A DNA stretch of 64,000 nt from Psilocybe cubensis (Eukaryota). Shown here piece after piece: positions 1 to 13,950 of this stretch. Numbering within the stretch: position 1 is the first letter of the stretch; each line of letters starts with the position of its first letter. The DNA lies in contig CM039006.1 in assembly GCA_017499595.2 (NCBI GenBank), positions 2,046,001-2,110,000 on the forward strand, written 5' to 3'. Made by a program: the position numbers and the translations under genes. Below the pieces are notes generated by a model. That model ran no database searches and was not told where the DNA came from. It saw only the letters and a list, made by a program, of their open reading frames with translations.

Positions 1-164
1 TCTACTTCTAGTATATCTTGTTATTTAGCCATGTCTGGCCCATAAATTCCGAGACTGTATGCTTTAATCCTCCCTAAGTTAACTTTCTCATGGCCCACAA
101 CTTTCAATTTAACAAGTACAAACTTTACCACCACACGATGAACTAACCAATTCACTAACATAAC

Positions 165-285
165 CCAGGACGCACTGACACACCCTGACCAATTTATAGA
201 TGATTGGAAACATGCACTGACATTGCCCTGACATCACTGCAGTTTGCGCTGACATCGCTGTGGTATGCACTGACATTTTCCAGTG
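165..285 (-). mobile_element. Possible terminus of a CACTA-superfamily (CACTG-type) DNA transposon or MITE extending off the left edge
   Basis: The minus strand reads CACTGGAAAATGTCAGTGC from 285, followed by about six (G/C)C(A/C/G)CTGAC subterminal repeats between ~172 and 275. The partner end is not in the window. Confidence 0.3.
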
Positions 286-1563
286 CCCGGAGGGGGGGGG
301 GGGAGAGAAATTAGTGCCCATGTTGGAAGGCGTAGGTAGCCCATTCATGAATATCGACAAGTTGCACGATTGTAATGAAAATAACTTTTGTCGTATTTTT
401 TTCTAGCTTGAAAATCATATGCGACTCTGCGAGGCGTGTTGTTGATACATCAAGAAGTCCGTTCACTTGGGATCATTTTCCTGGAAAGGTGGATCAGTAA
501 ATATGTACCCCATATTGTGAGGTTCTTTATTCTATTTACATGCCGATTCAACGAAAATATGTAGATGTACGACTTACATGATTACGTCCCTGTACATATG
601 TCAGATGTTCTTTATCTGTCTCTTTCGGACCGGTTCTGTGTGTGTGAGAGAAAACCCGAACGCGAGGTGCTGCTCGGTGATGCTGGGAGTCTGAGAGTCA
701 ATAATTGGAATTTGAAGGGAAGCTTTGGGCATCGCTGGCATTTTTTTAAAGTTGGTTTGCATTTAGATTGTGGAGCTGGGATGTTACATTGAATGGGTGC
801 GTTGCATGATTGAGGGTACATAATGTGGGGTACATGTGCGTTGGCCAGTTAGAATCGATGTATAGTTTTGAACAAGAAATGGCTGTGTATAGGTACTTTG
901 TGGATAATCAATGGGCGTCCGTTTCTGTATTTCTTGAATGAGACTTCGGGTTATAAAAATTAAGGCATAATTATTGATTGGAATTTGGATGGCCTACAAG
1001 CGTACAAAAGATTTGCCACGACCGCCGAGTTTTTCGGTCATAAAATTCACATATTCTGCCCTGTTCAGCTTTGTTTCGGTCGCTCGGGTCTTCTTTCACC
1101 TCCACGGTAGCGGTATGTCACGAACGCAAGTACTGTAGAATATTTTATGCTCGTTAAGCGCACCTTTTAGTTAAATTGGTCTGTCTTTGGATGGTATCAT
1201 GTTGATTGTTTTCGAGAACAACGGTTCGACTAATTTCTCAGATAACTCGGATGCTAATGCAGCTCATCGAAAGCTGTATCTAAAAATAACTTTTTCGAGA
1301 TTTTAGCTATTTTTCCACAAAAAACATTGAATCTGAAGATTCAACCGCTAGTTAGAATCGATGAACGAGCTCCGTTACTTCATATTACAGGCCCCTTAGG
1401 TATTTGAAGACATGTTCCAGCATGGTCACCATAATTGACGGATGTAGCCCGGATAAATTTGGACGTCTTGGATTATCCGCAGTGACTGTACTCAAACTAT
1501 ACATTAGAACAAATTGAAGGCGATAAACTGACTAAACAGTTACCTTATTCTTCAGAAAAAGGC

Positions 1564-1597
1564 GATCTACACTGATCTGCACTGATCTGCACTGATC
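1564..1597. repeat. 10-bp tandem repeat (GATCT(A/G)CACT x ~3.4)
   Basis: gatctacact gatctgcact gatctgcact gatc. Confidence 0.8.
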
Positions 1598-2511
1598 GAA
1601 ATCTTTTGACGCATGGTCTTCCCGTCCAGTTAATTACATCATTCTGACTCCCTGTAGATGCATGGTATGTGGCATGGCCGCTGGCCGAGAAGTGAAGGCA
1701 TGCTTTAGATAGTACAGAAGTCATGGGTGTTGATTGAGTGTATTGTTTTGAAACTAAAATCTCATGCTACGATGAGAATCATATCTATTCTCAACTGTTG
1801 AAGTGCTAATAAAAGCTTATCGAAGTCGTAATTTTTGCCTTTGCTTATAACGGAGAACTCAAAGGGCTACATGAAACTACACAGTCGATGATGTCATATG
1901 TGAGCGCTCAACGGTTTATACAATTTATTTCAGGTGTGTTTTACACCGTTTACGTCAAACTGGCAGGAACGATAGTTATGCCACTTGAAGATCGATTTCA
2001 CTGGGTCCGTCAAAATTAACCCGCAGGATTCTCCAAATAATTGTACTAATGCGATTTCTGTAAGCTGATACGAAATTAGGCCCAGGCCAATGACTTCATG
2101 CCGATTTTGAAGAAGGGTGCATTGCGGCGATCTCGCAGTGCCATTTGATTCCAAGTAGCTATTCGTAGAGCTATTTTGTTGTGTATTGTATGTACCACCT
2201 TTGTTATCTGATTCAGTTGGTATTTACATCTTATTGGCTTAACCCTCATCGAGTTGACAACCTGGGAGCTAAAGAAGTTCTTCCAATTGAGATAGAGGAG
2301 TGTATGCTGGAAACAAATTTTCCACCCTGAATGCCAGATCACCTCATTCGTAATTTGACCGTCAGAAGAATCAATGCGCCGCACCATCGGGGTCAAACAA
2401 TCACTTAGTACTATAAGATCGATGGGAATAGGATGTACAATATAGAAGGTGTCGATCCACCCAGCGCTTTTCTGCATCTCAGCTGTAAACCCCCATCAAC
2501 ACAAAGTCCCC

Positions 2512-4284
2512 ATGTCCTTCAACACAGAAACCTCTGATTTGGTTAATGTTCGACCCCAAGAAATCGTGTTTGAAACGAATATACCGGGAGAAGATTTGAC
2601 AATGCCGTCAACGGTCCCGGACTTTGCGAGAAAACTTTTCAAGTCACGTTTACTGTTTTTTGTTCATTTTTTTCTTGGGACTGATCTGATTATATGCTAT
2701 ACTACTTTTCCTTCTCGTGTGCTCAGTCTACTCGAGGATCCTGCAAATGGCTCAATTATATCCTGGAGTTCTGAAAGAGATTCTTTTACGGTCATGGTAT
2801 GCTCAAATTGAATTTGCGCAAGTCTTGACAAGTTCTGATCTTGATGCAGGACGTGAACACCCTTTCAAATACGATCCTGCCCCGGGTGTTCAACCACGGA
2901 AATTTCTCGTCCTTCGTGAGGCAATTAAACAAATACGACTTCCACAAAGTTAGAAAGACATCTCAGGACTTGCATCCGGTTTGTGGCATTGATTATTGTT
3001 TCAAACAACATTCAAAGTAACAACTCTGTAGACGTGGACATTCAGGCACCCCCATTTTCATGGTGACAGGCCTGGTGATCTGAAGTATATCATGCGGAAG
3101 GCAGTAGTACCACAATCGGAGGTACCCCGCACAGAGGTTCATGGCTCCCGGCAGGAGGAAAGGCTTCCCAAACCATCGTCATCATATAGCCCTGAATTGG
3201 ATGTATACTCCCCTCAGCAGGCTGTCCCAACAAACAAAGAACTGCTGGACGTCATCAGTCGTCTGGAAGGTGAGATTAGAGATCTTAGGTCAAAGCTACG
3301 CACTCTGGAACGGTATTCCACTGAGCGAATTGAATACCTGGAGTCGAGAGTTAAAAGCATTGAGGCAGCCATCCCTACCCAACAGTCAAACCACCCAACG
3401 CAGCAAGACATTGAGCAAGGTCCCCATGATAGTAAGCTTCAAATTTTCACTATGTCCAAAGAACACAGTCTTGCAGATGTCATTGAGTTACCATCATTGG
3501 AAACCTTGAGCCACCGAACTGAAATGTTCGGCTCATGCATCGATTACACAGCTACACTCTTTGTACTACTCAAAGTGCGAGCGGTCCAACGAGTCGCATT
3601 GTGACTCTTCTGCTTATTGTCTTGGAGCTTGAGTCAGTGCGGCTCCTCACGAAAAGTTATAACATACCCTCTTTGTTGTAGATCTGGCTCCTGGTGTCTT
3701 CTCTAGGTCAGGTCACCCCGGCATTCCAACTTTCGAGCAGGGCCCACCAATGCTACAGTCACCTAGTAACCTACCTCCCGGACTGTTCACTCACTCACCT
3801 TTAAATATATCCGGTGGTCGTCGAGATTCCCAACAAGGTAACACTTCGTCACTGTCAAGCTATCCTTCAAGTTCTACGGCCGTGATGATGCCGCCGTCGG
3901 CCAACTTGATTAGTCCTGAGGCGCCCTACTACCGAGAAGATTTGTTTGCAAATGTTCCAGCACACGGCGGGCATGAGCAGTACGATGAAGGTGCTGGGTG
4001 AGTACATCCAAATCGTGACATCATTTTTTTTATCTAATTTGATAAGTATGATATCCACCAGTTACCAGAACACAAGTGAACTGCTTCCTGCTGAAGGAAG
4101 CAGTTCTTACTTCCCCGTCTTTACATCATCGTTACCCACCGAGGAAGATCGAGAAGGCCACCCATGGGCTCGAGCGACGAAGCGTTTGAGAATCTCTCAG
4201 GCACGTCACAGTTGGCCTTCGAACTTGAACAGGGCATCTGGGTCAGGTTCATCCATGGACAAGGGGCCAAATATTGACAGTTGA
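2512..4284 (+). CDS. HSF-type DNA-binding domain transcription factor (Skn7-like DBD plus coiled coil, no receiver domain seen); spliced
   Basis: Joined exons give VPDFARKLFNLLEDPANGSIISWS...ILPRVFNHGNFSSFVRQLNKYDFHKVRK...WTFRHPHFHGDRPGDLKYIMRK, followed by the heptad region LLDVISRLEGEIRDLRSKLRTLE. The 3' exon structure and stop are less certain. Confidence 0.85.
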
Positions 4285-4922
4285 TTTCTTTTCCGTTGCT
4301 CCCCACATACAATAGAACTTGATAATTCCAATTAACTACATTGTGTATAATATTTGTGATTCTATATCTCGTTCACTCACTGGCATCCGTACTGAAATCT
4401 GCAAAGTTTTAACTGGAGCCGAATCTGAATTTTCAGTTAAACATATATGGATTTCATGACTTCCGAGAGAAAGTTTTGAAGCATCAAAGCATGCTCATTC
4501 GATAGACGGTCATTCTGCGCCGCACCACATGGCCACCCTGAGGTCAGGGTTGACCAATAACCGTGAGGTACGGTGAAGAGGGACAATGTGCAGTCGTGCA
4601 CAACACAGACCGGGGATATGGCAGACGAATAGAATTCCAACGAAAATAAACTCAACAGATAGAGAAATTATGCACAAGCATGAGGTACTGACACTTTTTA
4701 ACATGCCAATCGATCGTGCTAAAAAGGCCATTTACGTCAGTTCATGAAACTCTTCAGATCAGTATAACCAATGTCCGAAAGCATATGATGGACTTACCAA
4801 AGAAGGCGAAACAACGATTTGTGGATTAAGAAGTGGCATTCACCAAGGTTTTAGTATACGATACAAGGAAGGCAAATCATAATAATACAATAACATGAAT
4901 CTTGTATTTGAACGACGACATT

Positions 4923-7900
4923 TTAGATGATGTCAGAACGGCAAAGTGGGCAGCTGGACGAATGGCTAGTATTGAACCACTAAAGGGATGGGAAGAATTA
5001 GATTAACTGTCGCAGTACGTACATCGGGCCACTTACTTTGTACAAGCATCCTGCGTGGAAACGATTTTTACACGTTTTACACGGCTTCTTCGGCAGACTC
5101 CCGTCCATGACGCTGATAATGCTATGTGGAGAATTTGATGAGTATTTCAGGAGGGCAAAAGTGGGAGAGGCTCACGAATAGCAAATGGCACATTCAACTT
5201 GACCCTCGAAGTGCAAAGTCACATTCTTCTTGAATATTCCAAGCCCATCTATTATACGGCCGTTCTGGAAGAGGTAGGGTAAGTGGATAATCTTGTTAAT
5301 TAGAGAGGGAATAAATGAGACTGACATGGGACCAGATCGTCTGCTGCACACCAAGAACCCAAGCTCTCCAACGGTTTTCGTCCACCCCAACTTGTTTAGT
5401 ATCCCGGACTTCGATTTTATGGAGAGGCCAGTCTCCCGGAATGCGTAATTTGATTTCTAGTTGATGTTCGTCTACAAGGTATGCAGCAATGACTTCGTTG
5501 ATCGCTGTTGCCACCTTTATCGACATATTGTCATCTGCAATGCCGTCTGTTACTGCATGAGATCGGACATGTTCAAGCTCTGTTTTGATTAGAACAGGCG
5601 AGAAGTGTGTCGATGTGTATGCAGTAACAGTGTTAGTGAGTTGCCGATCTTTGCAGTCAAGTATCCATGAATGGATAAGAGAAGGAACACTGAGAAGAGC
5701 CCGGTAGTATACATGAGCTGCAAGGACAGGAATAGTGTGGGGATTTCCAGGCTCGTATACTAGGTGCGTTTAGCGATCCGAGGACAATTTATATCGGAGA
5801 ATTTACTTACGATCAACGTAAAACTGATCCACAGCCCAAATATCTAACTTGAATGCTTTGGTGAGACTGCCGAGATTGAGACGTAGAAGACCCAAAAAGC
5901 ATGGGACAAAATGGTCTACGACTACGTTCAAATTGCGGAGTTGTTCGATGTAATTTGATTTGACTTTGAATGACTAAAATTTGGAGTAGGTGATCATTTT
6001 ATACTGAGACGATGTAGGTCCACTTACTGCATCCTGGAAGAGATCAAATACCAGCAACCATCCCAATAGATAACCAAAAATGTTATCATGTTCCCCAGCG
6101 TCCTCTTCGTCGACCTCAAAGTTCATCTGCCTTGTGATAATATCGAGTAGTTCTGTGGGTAATGTTGCCTGGACAGAGCCTTCAGTATCCACACCAGCTT
6201 CAATGACAAAATATTCTGTGCGCGTCCGAGCGGCGGATTTCAGGAGTTGATACGCCATTTTCTGTACCGTGAGCGAGCGATCGTCGATGAGGTGGCACAT
6301 CTACCGAATGTCACAAGTAAGCGTGAGTAATAACAGAAATCGGTTAACTCTGTTTTGAATATGTTTACCTTCGTCAATGTATCCTGATCTATGAGTGATG
6401 AAGGTAGATCTTGGATAATCGATAACACGAGCTCCCGACAAGCTGATCGGGGTGTTGAAGATAGCGCATTAGAATCTACAATTCAATGAATTAGTTTCCA
6501 CCCGAAAATATGTACAATAAACACTCACGATGACTAATGACTTTCAAATCGCGTATAGTGGTCAAGATCCCCAACCTCCTCTCCGACCATTCCGCCATTA
6601 AGCTCTTGTTCAGCTTCGCAAGATCTTCAAGGACAATTACCAGACGTAATGTTCTCGCCAGACCGACCAACTTAGACCCATCTTCAGAGTTGCTTTCATC
6701 GTCAACGTCATGCCCTTCTGTCTCATCATCTTCTCCAGAAGACGTCTCTAAGACCGCCTCAATGACATCAAAGATAAATGACCAATGGGAACCAGGAATA
6801 TTCTGCAAGATCGGCGCCAAATGCGTGAAAATAGGCAGCATAGCACTCTGAACATCTTCATCGAGCTCTTCATCGTCATCTTCAACATCAGCAAGGACCC
6901 ATGCTTGACAAGCTTTGACGACGTTTACGGCTCTTGGGGGAGGAAGAAACGCAACTTCACCCTCGGGATCCGGAGCACAGGCAGCGAGTTTGCGTAAAGT
7001 GAGTAAACCTTCCGTGTTGACCTTGCTAGGCTTGATACCAAGCAGACTTGCAGCTAGTTCGTTTCGATAGCGATCCAGTTTGGGAGGTTCTGCTCCAGTG
7101 GAGGTGGCCACGGAAATGATGGTCATAGATGTTTGAGGCGCTAGATAGAACCGACTGTCATTGTCTAGAGAGAATTTCAGTGGTAGATATACATACCACT
7201 TTTTTCCAGCTTTCGACCCAGCTGTACCCATAGATCTACTTCTGCTGCTTCAACGTCATCGGCCAGAAGTGGTTCCATGATAAACTTTAAAATCCTCGCA
7301 TCGCGTGCTGTGTCATTCTCTTTGGCATACGAGATTGCATTAAAAAGAAGGATCTGAATTTGATTAAGGCCTTCCCTTGGGTCCTTGCCGGGGGATTCAT
7401 GCAACAATCTATCCAGAACAGCTCTCCTGCAGGCGGGGTCATCTTTACCCTCTGCAGAATTGAAGAGATACACTGAGAGCTGTTTTGCCTTTCCAATAAT
7501 GTGATGCAGCGCTGAAGAAGTCACAGATTCGTTGAAAACGGGGCTCCGTGACAACGCCGACGGTACGTTTGATAAATCTTGCGCATATAGTGACAACGCG
7601 ATGGTGTGGCGTAATATCCAGAGGTTTTGCTTCGCAACTTTTCTTTCTTCTGCAAGGAGGTGTAAGATGCCGCTGACGATACGAGCATATGAGGTGAATC
7701 CACGGCGATCTGCGGTTTTAACAACTGGTTTCGATAGTGAAGTAGGAGAGATGAGTGGATCAAGAATCGCAATACTTGGATCGATGGCACCAGGTGAAAG
7801 GTCATTAAGCGTCAAGTTTAAGAGCGAATCGTTGGGGAATAGTTCTTGAAGAAGGTCCAGCTGTAGTCCAGGGGGCTTCTCAGAGAGCATATGAAGAACA

Positions 7901-10900
7901 TCTTCTGGACTGGGAGAGGAGAGGGATAGGCCTGTAATCAGCGAATGAGGATATCAGTGTCATATCTCACTTACGTTGGGTTGACCGAAGTATCCTGAAC
8001 AATAGCCCTCAATTTCTCTTTCAGGATATTCAATATATCCAACTTTTCGTCTTCATCAGCGTCATTGAGCCACTCCGTCCACAAGTTCCTGGCATGTGCT
8101 TCAGACGAGCTGAGAGTGATATCTGCCCCTTCATTTCCAATATGCGGGTAGAGAAAACCGAAAAGAAATACATCGGGAAGCAAAGATCGTAGAAATGATG
8201 GATTCTTGATGACGCGGGGGTAAACAGTTTGGATTAAATGGATTGAAGTGTCAAAGTTGGGTTCAGGTCCATCGCGTCTATTGATGACGTGGTGGGCATT
8301 TGATGTGAATGTCACGATGATGACTTGCAAAAATGTGTTTACTCCTGGAGCTGACAAGAAATAGTCTACGTATAGTCATTGTCAGAAACTTTGTCTTCAA
8401 CCAAATTGCAATACAGTTCAAGGAAAAAACACACCTGCCGACGACAAGATTTTTTCCACTAACAAAACCTCATCAGATCCGATAGTACCCCCCAATGCCT
8501 GCTCCAACAATCCACCAACGACACCATCGAGCTCACTGGCTTGGGGTTTGAGATAATTCGGAAGTTTTCCTTTCTGCGCAGCCTCCAAGAGGATGCCTAT
8601 CGAGTTTTGATCAGGTACATGGCCAACAACTGATGTCGCAGCCACGCTCGCCAGAAGGGAGTGCCAAACTCTCGAAGCATTTTGTTCGTTATTTCGGTGT
8701 AAAAGATAAGTTAAGAGGAGAGGGCTTGAAAGTTCGAGTATGCGGTATGAGTGTTGAAAGAGAAGTGCATCGAATCTCTGCACCAGGGATGCGTTAGATT
8801 CAATCAATTCCGTGGAGGAAAAATCACTTACGCTGGCAAATGACAAATCCAAAAACAACCCATCTCTAAACTGATCTAGCATATTGACAAACAGCTCAAA
8901 TTCTACTTTTTCCGCTCCCTTCAGTGTCTTCTCCAACTTGGTCAATTCGTAATCCAAAATATCTTTCATCAAACTACGAATTCGTTCAGCCAGCGAAGGG
9001 GTCTTCTTGAATCGATCATAAAAAACTTTGAGAACAGCTGAAATCAGCTGTACGTTCTGGCCTTCCGCACTGGATGCCTTCATGCCCAACACCAAGACAT
9101 CCCATGCAGAATCGAAAAGCGTTTCGTCCACGCCGTGCAGCACCTCCAATGTCTGCGCTAGTAGTCGTGCCGCGGCTCTATCGCCCATTTGAAGTTTCTG
9201 ACTTGATAGATGTTCCCAAACAGCCTGTAACTGTCCACGTACGATACCGTTGGAGTCTATGTTGATAGAGGTGTTTCGGATACGCTTTATAAGAAAGGTA
9301 ATTGACTCGAGGAGAGATGCAAGGAAGGCTGCAGAGGCCGCAACTCTGTGAAGGGAGCTGAGCGCACGGCTCTCGACAGCCTCCCAGAATGCAGCGAAGA
9401 ATTGGGAGAGAGGTTGTGTAGACGGATCTGTCTCTGAGGCCAAGATCTGAACGGAATATAAGAACTTGATGCAAGACAATTTATCGTAACTTACTGAGGA
9501 AGGAATCGTTGAAATGACAATGACAACTGCAGGATACCCCAGTACTGGAGATCCTGAGCAACCCGATCGCAAAAATTGCAAAAACTCTTGAAAAGCCGGA
9601 GGGGAAGACGTCACAGCTACGGACGTGGGTTCACCTGCATCAACATCACTATCTGCGTCTGACCCTGACTCTTCGCCTTCAGTTGATTTCCCTTCATCTA
9701 ACGTCCAACACTGAGGGTATTCTGCGCACGATTGAGAAACAAAATATAATTGTATAAAAGAAAATACGGCGTACGCTTAAGGAAAACTAGCAAAGGTTCC
9801 CACATCACTCCTTGCACATTTGTATCCATCTCTATCCAAGCAGACCTCAGAATCGCAATCCCTAATGTAGACACCAATGTTTCTAGATGATCTGAAGCAA
9901 ATGAGAAATGGACCAGGAGGATGTTTGGAATGATTACCTTTATGAGAGGTGATCAACGTTTGCACTAAACTCCAGCCCGACTTGCGGACATTGGGTTGCG
10001 CAAATCCAAAGTTTTCGACGTCAATCCACGGGCACGATTGCGCAGAGTTTAAAACAGTCCACAAAGCTGGATTCGAGTAAAATGACCGTGAATCTTGGGA
10101 TAATGTCGATGATGATGCTAAAGCAATAGGGTCAAACGGTGATTGCAAAATAATTATCCTACGTACCAAGTGTCCAGCGAGCCGCACCTAATGCTCCAAT
10201 GCGTAATCTAGCTCTGCGATCGGGTTCGCTTTCCTCTTGTTCCTCTTGTTTGGAGCGTGGTGTTTGGTCTCCGTCGTCTTTTCTAGGCGTTGGGACTCTT
10301 CCAGATCCTTTCTTTGTAGATGTAACAGGTGCAGGAGGGGGAGGGGGAAGCGGGTTAAGATAGATATATACGCCATTTGGATCCAAAATGACTCTTTGAA
10401 TAAACGCATTCAACGATGTTTGAATATCATCGCTGAGAAAAAGGTGCTGGGAAGACGCCGATTCTTCTGTTGTGACTGTTTCTTTCCATGACCTTGAAGC
10501 TATTGTCGCGACTGTACGGTCAACGTCATGCATCGAAAGACACCATGTACCCAAGATATTGTCCAGCTGGGAGGAAGACGCAGATTCGCGGAGGAAAAAT
10601 ATGATCTGTTCCCGCACAGGCGGGATCTGAAGCAATGTTGAGTGTACTGAAATGGCGAGTAGACGAACACGACGCGACGCATTGACTAATAGCGCTGATA
10701 TGTGATGAAGCTATATCCTTGGTCAGAATCAAGATCGGCGCATACAGTCAAGTAAACTCACCCACACGGGTAACATCTCGACCAATGTATAGGTTATCGG
10801 GCTTTCCGAGCCCTCCTTGAGACACTGATTCACCCACGCCGATTGTAGCTCCTCCAATGCTCTTGTCTTTGTAACCTGGGCCTTTTTGCTGATATTTCGT

Positions 10901-11151
10901 AGAACAACGAGTAGATCTGCAGGTAAAGAATGCGCTAGACCTGTCGTCTCAAGTGGATCTGGCTGCACTGGCGCTGGTTTCACCGGTGGGATGTACATCT
11001 TGACCCTCGGCTCGGCTTTCTTTTTGCCTTTCTCTCCTTTATTCTTTGGCCTTTTGTCCTTCGGTGGGGGTTCATCGGCAGCTGCATGTTTCTTCAGGTG
11101 CTTCTTGCGCGTCGCTGAAGTCGCAGATGACTTTGGGTTGCCTTTAACCAT
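4923..11151 (-). CDS. LTN1: E3 ubiquitin-protein ligase listerin (ribosome quality control); multi-exon
   Basis: N-terminal [16 protein letters not shown] motif, long HEAT-like helical body, RWD-like [21 protein letters not shown]-terminal [17 protein letters not shown]...[33 protein letters not shown] (stop at 4923-4925). Confidence 0.95.
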
Positions 11152-12094
11152 TGCTGACGGATTGAAGGTTCGAAGATCCTAGAAGTGATCTGAATGATGG
11201 TATTTCCAAATAATTCAATACTATTTGAAATTGTACGAACTTTCAGTGACAGCCAGGATGTTATAAGTTTGAACTTGGAGCACAGGTCTCCAACAGAGCG
11301 GTAGTCTCTATTACACAGACTTCGATATGATGTATTACAGCCCAGTATGTAGCGGGAAAATCTAGGAATCTGAAATCAAAGGTCACGTGCATGCATCACA
11401 ATCTCGGAATGTTTTTGCTTTCGGAAACCGTTACGGTGTATCCCTCACTTCCTCAACAACTTTGCCAAACTTTTGAAATTCCTTCTAGCGAGGGAGACCT
11501 TCCGTTCCGTCAAGAAGTGTCAGATACCTTTCGCGTTGTTGCAGAGGTTCGACAGATCGCACCTCCAAAGCACTGGCAAGCTGTTGCATGGCCTTGTCGC
11601 ATTCTCAACAAATTCTTTGATGCTCTGGTGGTCACCTTGAGCATAGATGACAACAAAGTAACTACTTTGGAAATGCCCATCAGATACAAGTAGGATGTCC
11701 ACCGTTGTAAAGAAGCGTCGTTTATTAGGGGATATGAGGTGATGAGATGCGACAAGAGGAATCAGAGGATTCTCGGGGCCCTGCCGGGACTAGGTGCAGT
11801 TGAATCAACATGGAATCAACGTTTTAAATTTTAACACTTATTGTCCTTGAAATGACTCAACTGGAAGCAAGAGATTTTATGGGGATTCAGGAGGGTTTAG
11901 ATGAGTACGAAATACCAAGTTGTCCCCTCCATTAACTTGAATGTTTTTCTGAAGAATTAACCAGGAACTCAAGCCCTTGAACGCTCAAGGATTTATGGCC
12001 TTTGATGGTGTTCGATTTTTTGCTTTCAATGAAGCGACATTATCCCAGTCTCCAACCAACAGGACATACACGGTATACAATAACTACGACTACT

Positions 12095-13171
12095 CTACGA
12101 ATGCTCATAAGCATTGTTGACTTCCAAATCAACCACGAGCTTGACCCCACTGACACCTTGACTCCATTCATCTAGACCCTTTTGCAATGATTCCAGCCCC
12201 TTTCCGACGACTTTAATCCTTGGACTAGGTACGAACTCTCCGTCGGCCAATTTCTTTGTTAACCAATCCCGATACACAAAGCTGGAGAACTCTCTTCGAG
12301 CACCAACATCTGTCGGGACTGCAACAAACTTGACCTCGATTCCTTCAGCAGTGGGGCAATCTGGCCTCAGTGGTGCCGCCGATGCCAGTTTAGCAATATC
12401 TTTTCCTTTGGCTTTCTTGAGCACCTCAAACGCGTCCTTGACCGCTCTACCAGATGCTTCATAAGCATATTGTATTTTTACTCCGTCTTCGCGGGCAGAC
12501 TTGACGATTGCGTCGACCGTGTCTTCAGCCTTGTAATCAAACACTTTGTCGGCGCCTAATTCTTTCATGTAATCGTGGTGGTTCTCGCTTGCAGTGACGT
12601 AAGTGATGAACCCGAGTGATTTGGCGACTTGAATGACAGCGCTTCCAATGCTGCTTGCACCTCCCCAAATCAACAAAACCTTTTTATCCTCCTGTTTGTA
12701 CTCTGCATCTCGTGGAATGCCGACAACTTGTAGTCCCGCCCATGCCGTCCCCACCGCCATCGGGAACAAGCTCGCCTCCTTAAAGCTTATTTTCTCGGGC
12801 AACAGCGCCACATTGCTAGCCGGAATCAGCACGCGCTCCTGGAAGGCGCCGTAGTCTGGCGCGCCTCGCCTAAAGAAACACGGTGCGAATGCAGATACAC
12901 GTGTCCCTGGCTGGAGGTCTGTAGATACATTTATTCCAGCGGCGATAATGACGCCGCCTACGTCTGAGCCGATAACTGCTGGGTATGAATCGATGACGAA
13001 GCCGCTAAGCCTTTGGTAGGCGTCAATGGGATTTATGGCTATGGCCTTGACTTCAACGAGAACTTCGTCTGGTCCTGGTGTCGGCGTTGTACGATATGCG
13101 ATATCGAATGGCGAGCCCTTAGAAGTCAAAATGGCTGCAAGGTGTTGAGTTTGGGCTGAGGAGGAAGACAT
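12095..13171 (-). CDS. MDR-family (GroES-like, zinc-binding ADH superfamily) oxidoreductase, trans-enoyl-reductase-like; intronless
   Basis: AIAINPID, GSDVGGVI, YGAFQE and the Rossmann motif LIWGGASSIG. ATG at 13171 preferred over the ORF-track upstream start. Confidence 0.9.
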   Translation of the reverse strand: MSSSSAQTQHLAAILTSKGSPFDIAYRTTPTPGPDEVLVEVKAIAINPIDAYQRLSGFVIDSYPAVIGSDVGGVIIAAGINVSTDLQPGTRVSAFAPCFFRRGAPDYGAFQERVLIPASNVALLPEKISFKEASLFPMAVGTAWAGLQVVGIPRDAEYKQEDKKVLLIWGGASSIGSAVIQVAKSLGFITYVTASENHHDYMKELGADKVFDYKAEDTVDAIVKSAREDGVKIQYAYEASGRAVKDAFEVLKKAKGKDIAKLASAAPLRPDCPTAEGIEVKFVAVPTDVGARREFSSFVYRDWLTKKLADGEFVPSPRIKVVGKGLESLQKGLDEWSQGVSGVKLVVDLEVNNAYEHS

Positions 13172-13950
13172 TTCGAGGAAGGCGAGTAGAGATGGTACAC
13201 AACACCACTTTCTTTGAGGTCTACTTATATTGTCTTGACTAGAGATTCTAATAAGGCAACTCTGTTGTCTCTCCGACAATGAGTCAGACAATCTTTACTG
13301 TCAGCAAGTCGTTATGGTTGTTTAACGCCTGCATAAGAAAATTTACGAAGTTTCGGGCCCCGCCTTGTTTCTGTGCCGCCAGTTGGTAAATTTGCAGTGC
13401 AGCGAATTTGGTGCCGAGGGCATTCGTATTCCAGATGATTACTAATGCCTTATACTTGAACTTGATGTCAACGGGTGCCGCGTCCTCCTTACGTGTGCAC
13501 TGATAAGGTGCGTTTTAAGTCCTTTATTCAATGCATACTAAAGCCCTTCAAGTTAGAGAAACCGAAAATCGTTCCGCTTGTTTATCCGGTCACAATTAAG
13601 ATCGCCTGGTTTCGGTATCTTTTGAAGCCAAAATTGAGCTGATCCGCCAACTACGGTCACGGTTGGCAGATGTAGGCCTTCAAATAGCAAGGGGCTGGAC
13701 GAACAGTCGGGACCGTTTGATATTCATTTGCTGTCGAACCACAGACGCCAGTTGGCTGGTTGTAACCGGATTGTGCCAGCGGAAGATATCCAAATTTGCA
13801 GCATGCATTCTGAATCATCCCTTACCGTCTCGCTCAACCACAAATGACGTACGCTTCTCTCTCAACAGTACAACTTGAAACGCGATGTTGATTTTTGGGT
13901 ACCCAATTCAAGAGCTCCTTATAAATTCCTGGGTGAGGAAATTCCTGCAC

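Noticed and set aside
400..2400. Degenerate transposon remnants (GTTAGAATCGATG occurs at ~848 and ~1350)
   Set aside because: One short shared word only; no ORF homology or termini that I can support
11391..11755. Short overlapping ORFs, possible gene remnant
   Set aside because: No recognisable motif and no coherent exon structure
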